DNA from: Leucoraja ocellata | Lineage: Eukaryota | Reading direction: 5' to 3' | Assembly (NCBI GenBank): GCA_036785375.1 | Contig: JAWMAR010000024.1 | Span: forward strand, 930,001-994,000 | Length of the DNA stretch: 64,000 bases | In this document: piece after piece, positions 37,751 through 49,560 of the stretch | Layout: the number at the start of each line of letters is the position of its first letter | Numbering within the stretch: position 1 is the first letter of the stretch | Program-made: the position numbers and the translations under genes | Notes under the pieces: generated by a model | Seen by the model: only the letters and a program-made list of their open reading frames with translations | The model's database searches: none | Told to the model about the DNA's origin: nothing

Positions 37751-38379
37751 TTGTTTCTATGGTAAGTCGTGGTAAACGTCCAAAAGTTGGTAGTTGCCAA
37801 TTGCTACTTTCTATCCAATCCAATGTGGTTTTGGATGAAGGAGCATTTATAGTGTTTCGCAAGACTAAATAAAGCCAAGCATTTATTGTCAATGGCTATG
37901 ATGGAGTCCGTTAGATGTTTTAAAATTTGGCAGCTTTTCCATTTGTTCACCCAAGCCAAATTCTTTCTTGTCCTCCATTCTCCAAATTCTGTTGGCTCCT
38001 TTGGATTAAATCTATAAATTACACGATCTACAGACATTTTTGCAGTTTGATATTGTTTGTACTGGCATCCTCGATCAGCTACGGAGGTGTAGATGCGCCA
38101 CAATTTCCTAGCACCACAATCTATACTTTCTTGTCCATCTGTTATTCTCTGTAGTTATAACTTGAGGATTTCAATATTTGCAAATACTTCAAATTTGCAT
38201 ATATGGGTGATGTTCAACTGTTCTTGGCATCTAAATATGTGCGATTTAGACATTTATTGAAATAAGGCAATCTGCATTTTAATTTTGTCACCTGTTAATG
38301 CTGTAATGTTTAATTGTGGGCTGTTTGTATTATCTGAATTAAAAATCTAATTTATAGAGTGGGTTTGCAGAACTTGGAA

Positions 38380-40317
38380 TGGCACAGGAGGCCACTGTCG
38401 TGTTTGAAAGTAGACAAATCTCCAAGGCCTGATCTGATATATCCGAGGACATTGTGGGAAACTAGAGATGAAATTGCGGGAGCCCTGGTTGAAATTTATG
38501 AGTCGTCCTTAAATACAGGAGAGGTGCTGAAAGACTGGGAGGGTGACAAATGTTGTACCTCTGTTCAAGTAGGGCAGCAGGGAAAATGCTGGGAACTATA
38601 GGCCGGTGAGCTTAACATCTAGTTGGTAAGTTACTGAAGAGTATTCTGAGGGATAGGATATACAGGCATTTGGATGGACAAGGGCTGATTCGGGATAGTT
38701 AGCATGGTTTTGTACGTGGGAGGTCGAGTCACACAAATCTGATTGGTTTTCTTGAAGACAAGACCAAAAAGGTTGAGGGCAGAGCTGTAGATGTTGTGTA
38801 CATGGACCTCAGTAAGGCGCTTGACAAGGTTCCGCATGGTAGGCTGCTCTGGAAGGTTAGATCGCATGGGATCCAAGGAGAAATAGCTGAATGGATAGCA
38901 AATTGGCTCCATGGAGGGAAGCAGAGGGTAATGGTGAAAGGTTGCTTCTCCAACTGGATGCCCGTGACTCATGGTGTGCCTCAGGATTCAGTGCTGGGCC
39001 CGTTACTGTTTATCATCTACATTAATGATTTGGATGAGAACATACAGGGCAAGATTGCTGATGATACAAAAGTTGGTGGTTTTGCAGATGGCCCATTCTT
39101 CGGAAAGTGAACCGAAATGTCACACGTTACCAGATGTCATCACAAAGTGATACATTCAAAAACTCTTTTAAGAGATTAATTGTCATTGCTATTATCCTAC
39201 CTCCATAACTATAAAGCATGTCTGCTAAAGATATGAACATTCTAGCTTTTTAAAATTCAGAGTTTGTAAAATGCTTCTGTATATTTAACCTCTTACCCTA
39301 AACAAACATTGTCAGCATAACATTAACATTTCACTTGATATACTGAAAAAAAATATGAATCATATATGCAGTACAAAACAATATACCTGTAATGCTTTCA
39401 GAATTAGAAGAGATGTATTCCATAATTTGTCATCTTTTTGATCACATGTGATTAAGAATGGGCCAGATAGTGAAGATGGGTGTGAACAATTGCAGCAGGA
39501 TCTGGATTGATTGGCCAGGTGGGTGGAAGAATGGTTGATGGAATTTAATACAGAGAAGTGTGAGGTGTTGCATTTTGGGACGTCAAACACAGTAAATGGT
39601 AGGCCTCTGGGTAGTGTTGTAGAGCAGAGGGATCTAGGTGTACATGCGCATGGTTCGTTGAAGGTCGAGTCGCAGGTAGATAAGGTGGTCAAACAGGCTT
39701 TTGGCTCTTTGGCCTTCAGTCAGAGTATTGCGTATAGCAGTTGGAGGGTCATGTTGCAGTTGTATAAAACGTTGGTGAGACCGCATTTAGAATATTGTGT
39801 TCAGTTCTGGGTACCATGTTATAGGAAAGATATTGTCAAGCTTGAAAGGGTTCAGAAAAGATTACTGAGAATGTTACCAGGACTAGAGGGTGAGAGCTGT
39901 AGGAAGAGGTTGAGTAGGCAGGGTCTCTATTCCATGGAGCGCAGGAGGATGAGGGGAGATCTTATCGAGGTATAAAAATGAGAGGAATGGATTGGGTAGA
40001 TGCCCAGAGTTTTTTGCCCAGTAGGGGAATTGAGGACAAAGGTTCATGGTGAAGGGAAAAAGATTTAATGGGAATCAGAGGGGGTAACTTTTTCACACAA
40101 AGGGTGGTGGTTGTATGGAACAAGCTGCCAGAGGAGGTAGTTGAGGCTGGGACTATACCATTGATTAAGAAACAATTAAACAGGAACATGGATAGGACAG
40201 ATTTGGAAGGATATGGACCAAAAGCAGGCAAATGGGACATGTAGCTGGGACATTGTTGGCCAGAGTGGGCGAGTTGGGCCGAAGGGCCTGTTTCCACACT
40301 CATTCTATGACTCTATG
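38380..40317 (+). mobile_element. 5'-truncated CR1 LINE (RT to 3' tail), frameshifted
   Basis: DKSPRPDLIYPR, YMDLSKALDKVPHGRLL, GVPQDSVLGPLLFIIYINDLD, IADDTK, LVRPHLEYCVQFW; tail attctatgactctatga. Confidence 0.93.
39090..39464. mobile_element. 375-bp non-autonomous TIR element inserted in CR1
   Basis: TIR GGCCCATTCTT 39090-39100 / AAGAATGGGCC 39454-39464; TSD AGAT 39086-39089 and 39465-39468; CR1 sequence resumes exactly. Confidence 0.85.
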
Positions 40318-40649
40318 AGGAGGCAGTTTTTCCAGCCACCACCTGTACCTTTTCAGGCTTTTTGAATTTTATAGCAAAATGACAAGTTGAGAGCTTAATG
40401 TTGTCAAATGTTCTGTAAAAAATCAGTTTACTATATAGCTATTGCTGATATTTTATGTAGCATGCGAGATTTTGTTTGATTCATGGTCAATTATATTTGA
40501 ATGCATTGCAAGGTATGAAAGTAACCAATTTTTTTGACCATCTAAAGAGGAAAATAATTTTTCTTATCAATGGTCAAAATAGCCATGGATGTCTTATATG
40601 TAAACTCCAAATCAATTGTGCTAAAAATTAACTTTAAACTTTTTTTCAG

Positions 40650-40696
40650 TTGTTACAGGTGCAACCGATGGAATTGGAAAGGCTTATGCAAAAGAG
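40650..40696 (+). CDS. HSD17B12: HSD17B12 coding exon 2 (Rossmann TGxxxGIG)
   Basis: ttttcag|TT GTT ACA GGT GCA ACC GAT GGA ATT GGA AAG...GAG|gtatgt = VVTGATDGIGKAYAKE; 47 nt. Confidence 0.96.
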
Positions 40697-40883
40697 GTAT
40701 GTTCAGAATAAATTGTTCTTTTCAGTTGAGTTTCATTTCAGTCATAATGTACAAATTTCTTCCCTTTAATTGGCTGTGTTCAAAGTATTTGGTTGGAAAA
40801 TTTGCCTGTGTCTTTTGAAGCAGTAAAAAATGTCATTCAAATATACTATTTTGACTACTTGAATTTTACTCCCAACAAACCAG

Positions 40884-40959
40884 CTTGCCAAGTGTGGCAT
40901 GAGCATTGTCCTGATCAGCAGAACCGAAGAGAAACTGAATGAAGTGGCCAAGGAAATAA
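40884..40959 (+). CDS. HSD17B12: HSD17B12 coding exon 3
   Basis: cag|LAKCGMSIVLISRTEEKLNEVAKEI|gtaagt; 76 nt, phases consistent. Confidence 0.96.
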
Positions 40960-41559
40960 GTAAGTCAATAGCTTGATTTTCATTCCACTGAGTTTTTTTC
41001 TGTCATGGCCTTTCTTTCTTATTGTGATAGCAATTCTGTTACGTCAAATTACTTTCTTTATGTTGAAGTAACTCAGTTGACTTGATGTCGGATGCCTGAG
41101 TTGGATTCTCCTTAATTGCCACATAACATCCACAATTTCACTGGCAATAAAGGTGCTATGGGTTAAATATCCAGTGAGTATCAGCTGAGTAACTAAGTCC
41201 AAATGTTTATTTTAATGAGCACCATTAATATATGTAATGTAGATGTGATTTATTGAGCCGTTTTGTTTGGGATGGGAAGGGGGGAATGAACGAGTGTTTT
41301 GAGAGTGTTGTGACTAAAAATCAATGAAGCATTCAATGAGTCTCTTGGTTCTATTTTTTACAAGCATTTTTAAGCCCAGCTTTGTGTTGGCATTATGTCT
41401 TTCAATGTCATCTAAAGACATGACAGAAGCAGGAGGTTATCTGAATATCTCATTTTAAAATGTCAAGAAGAAGCTTCCTTCAGCGAGCAAATGACAAATT
41501 TGCAGCTAGAAATTACAAGCGGGTGGCTTTGAGGAATTTTCACAGCTTTCAGATAGTCA

Positions 41560-42110
41560 TTGATTTATACAGCACAGACACTGGGCCTTTGGCTCAACTA
41601 GAGAATGCTGATCAAGGTGTTACCTTTTTAGTTCAATTTTCCTGTATTGGGGCTTTATCGCTCGAAACCTTTCTTATCCATGAGCCTATCCAAATATCTT
41701 TTAAACATTGTAAATGTAGCTGCCTCTACCCGCCCCCTATATGAGGGAAAAATCTGTCCCTATTGTCCCTTTTAAATCTTCCCCTTTCACATTAAATATA
41801 TGCTGCCTATATTTAGACTACTCTATCCTAAGAAAGCGACTGTGACCATTATCTGTCCCCCTCTCAGCCTCCATAGGGAAAAAGTCCCAGCATATACTGC
41901 CTCTTTTTACAACTTAAACCCTCCAGTCCTGGCAACATTCTTGTGAATCTTTTCTGTACCCTCTATAACCTGAACTGCATACAATGTTCTAGGTGCAGTC
42001 TTACCAACGTCTTGAATAGCTGTAATATGACATCTCAACTCTAGCATTTAGTGTCATGTTTGAAGGTAAGTGTGCAATATAGCTGCTTCTCCGCCATGTC
42101 TATCTGTTTC
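41560..42110 (-). mobile_element. Degraded CR1 3' fragment
   Basis: Resembles the reverse complement of the CR1 3' region (tttatacagcacagacactgggcccttt-type tail end). Confidence 0.55.
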
Positions 42111-45081
42111 TCCAAAGCAAATTAGTGCGGGAGCCAAATAGAGCCCAAATATGCCGACAACAAGGTTGCAAAGGAAGAGACATAAAGATTTTAGTAATGC
42201 TGGTATGTAAAAATGACCCTCAAAGTGTTCGAATTATGGAATAAAGTCCAATGTGCTCTTTCTACTTGCTACATCCCCAGTAACAAACATGAAGCTCAAA
42301 CCTTATCCGGCTATTGTGATGTGAATTACTGGAACTTTAGTGATGCATGGAATCGGAGAGCAACTGGGAACAGATATCTCAAAGCCACGTCAGAGAGATT
42401 GGATTCTGAGCTCACTTTGTGCGGCACTCTAGATGCTCCTGGTAACTTAACAGGTTCACTAGAAAATGTGTTATTCACCTTTGTAACACTTTAAACTAAG
42501 AGAATTTAAAAGTACATTTTAACGCTAGTGTCTTGATGTCTGGAGTTGCAAATATGAATTCCTACCTGACAGCTGAGGGAATTTAGTTCTTAAATTTTGA
42601 ATGAAAATAACTGGTGTCGGGAATAGTGATCATGAAACTATCAATTGTCTTAAAGCTAACTGGTTTCTGGTGTCTTACTGGGAAGAAAGCTCTGCTATTC
42701 TGACCATGACTGGGCTGTTTGAATAAACACCAGTGGTTGACTTTTAGCTGCCATTTAAATTGTCTTGGCAAACTATTTCAACTGAGGTAATTATGAATGA
42801 TATTAATGCCCAGCAGCGATATTCACATCTTGTAAGTAAATATTTATAAAAGCAATAACGGCTCGGATCAAACGGTTGTTTTTGTAGTAGTTTTGCAACG
42901 CAGATGGGATGTCTTGGATGACTGTAGTCTTGCTATATCTAAAATATTGAATTGGCTGAAGACTGGATTCTGTGATGAAGAGGATTTGCGAACTGAGGTA
43001 CATCACCCACCTACATTCCACCAAAAGACATTTGCAGGCATTCTGCATTTCATGCTTTCTGAGCTCTGCCATCATTAAATATTGGAATGGTAATTGTGCT
43101 GGTTTAAAATTGTAATTGCTAGTCTTTCACAATATTTGACAGGACTGCAGAGGTTTGTTATAATAGACCAGATTGTTATAATACATTTTCGATTTGACAC
43201 ATGGATCTGAAATATTTTCATCAAACTGGAACTTGATATTTGCAGGCTTTGCAAATAGTGATGAGCAGGTCCATGTACAAAATCAGTCCTACAATGTAGA
43301 ACTAACTGATTCTAGTTCCAGGGAGCGCCGCGTGGACGGTGGGAGTATCCCGAGGACCTGCTTGGAAGATCCAGTTCGCCCGCTGGTCGCTCTTGAATGG
43401 TCACATAGAAATTATTCTTCACAGTGGATATCACTTCTTCTGGAAAGTGAACTTTATTGTCCCCTGCGGTCGTCTTTAATGCAAAGTTTGCACAACTTGA
43501 TGATGACACTGCTCCAAAGAGATGCACCTTCATCTGGTATTCAACAAGATCTTATTGTGCATCCCTTTCAGGCCACCATAAGAATCGCAAGTAGTCAAAG
43601 TGTTTTTACTGATACTTTGATTTGATGAACCATTTCTCTGATACCAGCCATCAAAGCAATTGGTTCTTGTCTGAATTTAATATGAACTCCAATGAGTGAG
43701 TTGGTCAGGTCTGGACCTTGCAGTAGTTGACAGTTAAGTGATGTTCCTTTGAAGACTGCAGCACAGTCAAAGTCCACCCTCAAGGTCCCTTTCTTCGAGT
43801 GATACACCAAAGCTCTCCATCACTTCGATTCAGTTGGTTCGTTGGTACCATTTCGGCATAATCATTGTCAATCATATCCTTTAGGAAAGACGTATATTCT
43901 TCATGAAATTTCGTGTTCTTTCCAAACTTGCGTTTCAAATTCTGGGTGCATTGCTCTGCCATACGACGATTATTCGGCAGACTAATACTTTCTTGTTTGA
44001 AAGGCAAGTCCAGACAATAGTGTCCGTCTATCATCTTTACTGAGTAGTTCATAATATCCAAGAACTTTAACTCTTCCCTGGACATTTCCTCAGATTCCTT
44101 ACTGGTATTTTCATTGAAGTCATGATTGTATTGCCTGATCAATAGCTTTTCTAATTTACCAGTAGATATTTGATTAACAGTAGTAGTAGGGTCGCTCTTC
44201 TGGTTTCCACTTTCATTGTTCCTTCTCAAGGAGCCATAGATAACCCATCCTAGTAGGGCTTTCACAGCAAACGGTCCATCACCATGGCTCCTCACAACCT
44301 GTATAGGTTCCAATGCCTTCAAAGTATAAGTGGGTCAATACCAGAATTTATTTTAGATATTTTGACATCCTTCAATTAAGGCCATTGTCTCAAGTCCTCG
44401 TGTCTGGATATATTTTGATGACCAACAGGCATGGTCTCTTGTGTAAACACTTCAGGTATTGGTATAAAATATCTTCATCCAGACTAGATATTTCCATACT
44501 TGTAATGTAATGACTAACGCACTCCTTCTCTTCATTCATGGTACGCAATAGAATCTTAACCTAACGGCCTTCTCATCAAGCTTTCTGTGCAAAAGGTAGC
44601 CGAACTTCCATGATCCAAAAATGCATATGTTTGCAACACTGTATTTGTCTTGCTATCCCTTGCCTGTACTGGTAAGATAGAGAAGATACAGGCTTCTACC
44701 CCGGCCCCAATATGAGCAGTTATCTGAGGTGAGGTGACAGCATCACCAGAAGCTGGCTTCTGTTCTATTTGCTCCGGCTTCTCCTCTTCTATTTGCTCTG
44801 GTGGATTCTTTCCAGTGTGAAGTGGTTCAGGATGATGTTGCTTGCACTTATCAAAAGTTATAGGACTCTCACAGTCTGTAACCATGTGTCCTTTTGTTTC
44901 AAACATCCAAAACCGATTCCCTTCTCCTTTAAGAAATTGACCGTTACTTTATATTCTTTCTTCTTGAATCTTCGACACCACCTTATGGTGTGACCAACTT
45001 CATCATATAACAAACAAAATCCTTTTTGCTTGATAGTAGATGCATTTCCTTTCATTACACCTGTCATTTCCACAGGTATTA

Positions 45082-46096
45082 TAGTCGGTATGTTACAATA
45101 CTTACCTTCAGCGGTGCTGCAATTCTGCAACTGGCCGTGTGCGCTATTTTGGCACCTTTGAGGGGGGGGGGGTTAAAACGCGTTTTTTTTTCCTACCTTG
45201 TCCTGGAATATATTTGATTGGAGTGCAAGCTTTTGCTTAAGAATCGTTCGGACGGGCGTTCTGTGTATTTTTTTTTTTTTTAATCGGCCGACAAGTTCAG
45301 CGCTGGAGTAATTTTAAAATCAGCTTCTAAAGCCGACAACGGGGACGGATTTCAGGTACGGGACAGGTAAAAGAAAGCCGTTTATTTTATGTATAAAAGT
45401 GCTCCTTAAGATGCCTCTAATTCACATTTTAAGTTGCGAAACGGTATTTTTCCCCCATGCAAACCGGCAGTATTTTTCCTGCCGATATGGGGTATAATCC
45501 AAATAATCGCTTTCCAGAAAAACCCACTCGCAAGATGATTTAAATGGCCATTAATTTACAGGTATTAAACATTAAATTCCTTCTATTTGGCCTATAAATC
45601 CATGACAATGAGATTTAAAAATTATGTTATATTGTGAATTCTTGTGTGAATGTTATTTGGACAGGCTATTTAAAAATGTTAATCTATTCTTAAGAAATTG
45701 ATAGATGTTTAGATCTAGTAATTGAATTTTGTAATTAGCTACAATTAGGTAACTAACTAATTATATGCTTTAATTTCAAGTCATCTAAGTAAGATTGTTT
45801 TATGTTTGTTTCAGAATGCTTCAATGTATAACAACTGAAAATTTCTTTCAGTTCTCTTAATTTTGAAGAATGTTATGGGCTTTTGACTGTCCTCGATCAC
45901 AGCTTTTGTGTTAAGTCAATGGAAAAGCAATAGGGAACACAATGCTAATTTCCGAGTATGAACATGGCCATAAATTTTTTAATACTGAAGATATGAAAGT
46001 GAATTAGGTGTCAAATTAAACTTCTTTTTATGCTTTATCTGATGGGATAAATTACAGACTTGATATTTTAAATCTCAAAATTTTGTAACATTGCTA
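45082..46096. mobile_element. ~1-kb non-autonomous DNA transposon (TAG...CTA ends, Academ-like) inserted in BEL gag
   Basis: Ends TAGTCGGTATGTTACAA / TTGTAACATTGCTA; TSD ATTA 45078-45081 and 46097-46100; removal restores BEL peptide FTTAIIPVEMT. Confidence 0.75.
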
Positions 46097-47514
46097 ATTA
46101 TAGCAGTAGTAAAACTGCCTCCCTTAGGTCCTGGTCGTCCTTTAGTTTTAGTAAAGGTAGAACCTTTGACAGTTGCAATTGGTTTATGATCTTGAATACT
46201 CCCATGGTGTGGATTTAACATGAACCGTACTTCCCTTTCCAAGAAATCCACCAGATCTGGTAACATGGCAACTCGGTTCTTCTTTTCCATTATACGGCCT
46301 GTTTTATCTCTCCACATTTCTTTATGCCGAACGGGCAGTTTTAGATTGATGGTTCAAGTATTACTGACAAAATTCATGTGGTTAATTTTTCATCGAGCTA
46401 CAACAACCTCTAAGAAATATTGCAAACTCACTTATTGCCTCCACATCTTCTGACTTGATATCTTTCCAAGCATAGGCCTTCTCCATGTATGTGTTAGCAA
46501 TCCTCTGTTCGCTACCATAGCGTTCTTTAAGTAACCTCCTTGCCTCTCGATAGCTTTGGCTTTCAGGCCTATTTAGCCAACTTTCTACGAGGCCAGATAT
46601 CCTCTGGCTGCAGATTTGATAAAGCTGTTTCCTTTTGAGCAATTTCTTTTCTTAAATAAGAGCTCATCCCATTAGCTGCTTTAAAGCCACATCTTGAACC
46701 CTCACTTTCCATTATCTGCTTCGATTTGACAACTGCCAACTTTGTGGCTAGTTCCAGCTGTTCTTTTCGTCGCCTCATCTCTTCTTTTTGTCTCCTCATC
46801 TTTCCTTTCAGCTGTTCTTCGTGTCGCTCAATCTCATGTTTCTTCTCCAAGGCGTCTGTTTCTATTGAGAGAGTGACAAGATCACCTTCAACTTCCATTC
46901 GAACAGATGCCCTAGATGCTGGACTGGCTATAGAACCAGATTTATGTCTTGATATTCGTGTGGATACATTTGAGATATTATCTTGTGGTGTAATCTCCTC
47001 TTCCATTTCAGAACCTTGTTGCATCACACTTTCAACTGTACCACAAGTCTTCTGATTTCGACACCTTGCTGAGTGGCATCTCCTTCTATAACACACGCAG
47101 TTCTTTGTTCAATTTCAGCCAACCATCTCTTGTCATCTTCCATAGAATCATCAAATAACGTCACCTTTTCTTCGAACCACTGGATATATCTTTCCCTTTC
47201 TTCCTGAGGCAGCTGTGAACCCAGCAGTGCTTTATGCTTATCTCTTTGCCCAGTGTAGATTGTGCTTTGTTCACGTTCTCATCTGATTCCATTAGTTTCT
47301 TCTGGATTTCAAATAACTTCATCTTCTATAATTTGTTTCTCTCCTTCTGGGATGCTTTCAGGTAAGCTGCTTGTCCTTGGCTGAGCTCATCTCATCTCGT
47401 CTTCTCTCTGCCACCTTGTGGCTCCTCTGACTCACCTGTTCTCTCTTGCTCCATGGATTTAAACGGGTCTTGGCAGATAGCCAAATCTGCTAATTGGACA
47501 AACGGAACCTCTTC

Positions 47515-47645
47515 TTGCGTATGGCGTGCACAGCCTAAAGTTGTAGGATAACTTGTTCTATTTGACCTTATTTGATTGTGCACGCCGGGTTGATTGCATT
47601 CGTCAAAACGGGGTGGACCACGTGAAGGTTGCAATCTTCCACCCC
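47515..47645 (-). mobile_element. Short non-autonomous retroelement with 5' HDV-like ribozyme (copy B)
   Basis: TSD ACGG(A/G)ACCTCTTC 47502-47514 and 47646-47658; homologous to 36820-36955. Confidence 0.88.
47592..47645 (-). ncRNA. Minimal HDV-like self-cleaving ribozyme
   Basis: GGGGUGG AA GAUUGCA ACC UUCACGU GGU CCACCCC G UUUUGA CGAA UGCAAUC; perfect 7-bp P1 and P2, 3-bp P3, HDV-identical J4/2 CGAA. Confidence 0.85.
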
Positions 47646-48035
47646 ACGGGACCTCTTCAGTTTGCTTCAGTCACTATTGATAAACATTGACGCTGAAAGT
47701 TCCAAAACATCAGATAAGAAACTAAAACAAACTGTACTTTCAGAAAACATCAAAATATTTTCGAAGTATAGAAGTGACCTGTTCAGAAAGAATGTCTTAT
47801 CTCAACTTCAAACCAAACCAAGGCCAGGCACCTGGATCTTCAGTCACCCTCTTGTCCTTGGCTGCCTTCCAAAACTTAGCAGAACTTGCTTCTAATACGT
47901 TTTGCAGACTCTTTCTTTGCCTGTAGCTTTTTATAAAAACATGGCGGCAATCTTTACTTTCACAGCCTCTTATTAAGAAGCTGTTCTGAATTAGCGCGTT
48001 CCAGCTTTCAAATTCACAGCATAGTACAATAGCTG

Positions 48036-48729
48036 GTACACAAAAAAGCTGGAGAAACTCAGCGGGTGCAGCAGCATCTATGGAGCGAAGGAAATGGGCA
48101 ACGTTTCGGGCCGAAACCCTTCTTCAGACTGATCGGGGGGGGGGGGGGGGGGGGTGGGCGGGGACAAGAAAGGAAAAAGGAGGAGGAGCCCGAAGGCTGG
48201 GGGATGGGAGGAGACAGCAGGGGGACTGAGGAAGGGGAGGAGACAGCAAGGACTAACAAAATTGGGAGAATTCGATGTTCATGCCCCCAGGATGCAGACT
48301 CCCCAAACGGAATATGAGGTGCTGTTCCTCCAATTTCCGGTGCTGCTCGCTGTGGCCATGGAGGAGACCCAGGACAGAGAGGTCGGAGACGGAGTGGGAG
48401 GGGGAGTTGAAGTGCTGAGCCACCGGGAGGTCAGCTTGGTTATTGCGGACTGAGCGGAGGTGTTCGGCGAAACGATCGCCCAACCTCCGTTTGGTCTCAA
48501 CGATATAGATCTGCTGACATCTAGAGCAGCGGACGCCATCCCCCAGCCTTCGGGCTCCTCCTTTTCCTTTCTTGTCCCCGCCCACCCCCGCCCCCGATCA
48601 GTCTGAAGAAGTGTTTCGGCCCGAAACGTTGCCTATTTCCTTCGCTCCATAGATGCTGCTGCACCCGCTGAGTTTCTCCAGCTTTTTTGTGTACCTTCGA
48701 TTCTCCAGCATCTGCAGTTCCTTCTTAAA
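48036..48729 (-). mobile_element. Penelope-like element 3' end: GIY-YIG endonuclease fragment between inverted terminal repeats with hammerhead cores
   Basis: ORF 48253-48585 CSRCQQIYIVETKRRLGDRFAEH...PVAQHFN...RKLEEQHLIFRLGSLHPGGMN; hammerhead cores at 48100-48127 (-) and 48603-48630 (+, one stem II mismatch); TSD CATAG(T/C)ACAATAGCTG 48020-48035 and 48730-48745. Confidence 0.92.
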
Positions 48730-49159
48730 CATAGCACAATAGCTGTTCTACTTATGATTTTGTGGTGGAGTTTTCCACTCTTAGATAAGTCGCGTGGCTG
48801 TCCATAAATCTCAAAGCCAATCCCTGGTTGAGATTTTTTTTCTTCAGTTCCTCTTCCTAGGAATCTGTCTTCAGTTCCTCTTCTGGAACTAATTATTCTG
48901 GCAGTAATCTCTCTCAAGAGATCCAGCTCAATCTTCTGTACCTCATCTTTGGAACTAATTCTTCTACCTCCTGTCTGTAAGGTAGTTTTCGACTACATGT
49001 AGTGGCAGATTATTATATTGTTCAAGGAATTTCTTCCTCTAACCACTATGTTGAAGATAAAGGGGTAAAGGAGATAGCCACGTTTACGCTTGGGAACTCT
49101 CCACGAGACATTCAAAGCCGTCCAAAGATAAATCTTCAAAACAGTCTCTTGATAGTTTC

Positions 49160-49560
49160 TCTCAGCTGCCGCAGGAAGTACATCCTCTGTTGGGCCTTTT
49201 TGACTGTGGAGTCGATGGTGCCCCCCCCCCCCCCCCCTCCATTTAAGGTCCCAGGAGATGATGGTTCCAAAGAACTTAAATGACTCCACAGATGTGACTG
49301 TGGTGTTATTGATGGAGAGTGGGGGGAGGGGAGTGGGAGCTCTCCTAAAGTTTACAATCAATTCCACTGTCTTAAGAGCATTGAGCTCCAGGTTGTTGCG
49401 ATGGCACCTGGACGCCAGCTGTGTCGCTTCCTGTCTCTCTAAGATTCGTCCGCAACCTGAATCAGTCCAATCAGTGTTGTGTCGTCTGCAAACTTGAGAA
49501 GCTTGAGAGAGGTGTCTGTGGAGGTGCAGTCGTTGATGTAGAGAGTAAAGGAGAGGGGAC
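49160..49560 (-). mobile_element. L2/Rex-type LINE RT fragment
   Basis: ELIVNFRR..PLPPLSINNTTVTSVESFKFFGTIISWDLKW; KFADDTTLIGLI readable on the minus strand near 49460-49495. Confidence 0.8.

Larger units (their letters stand above)
43300..49160 (-). mobile_element. Truncated, frameshifted BEL/Pao LTR retrotransposon (gag-protease-part of RT)
   Basis: Coiled-coil gag (46569-47096); Cys/His knuckles (44556-45130); protease TYAFLDHGSSATF; RT segments KKGTLRVDFDCAAVFKGTSLN..LLQGPDLTNSL and [16 protein letters not shown]; possible partial LTR ~48998-49160; three younger insertions. Confidence 0.88.
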
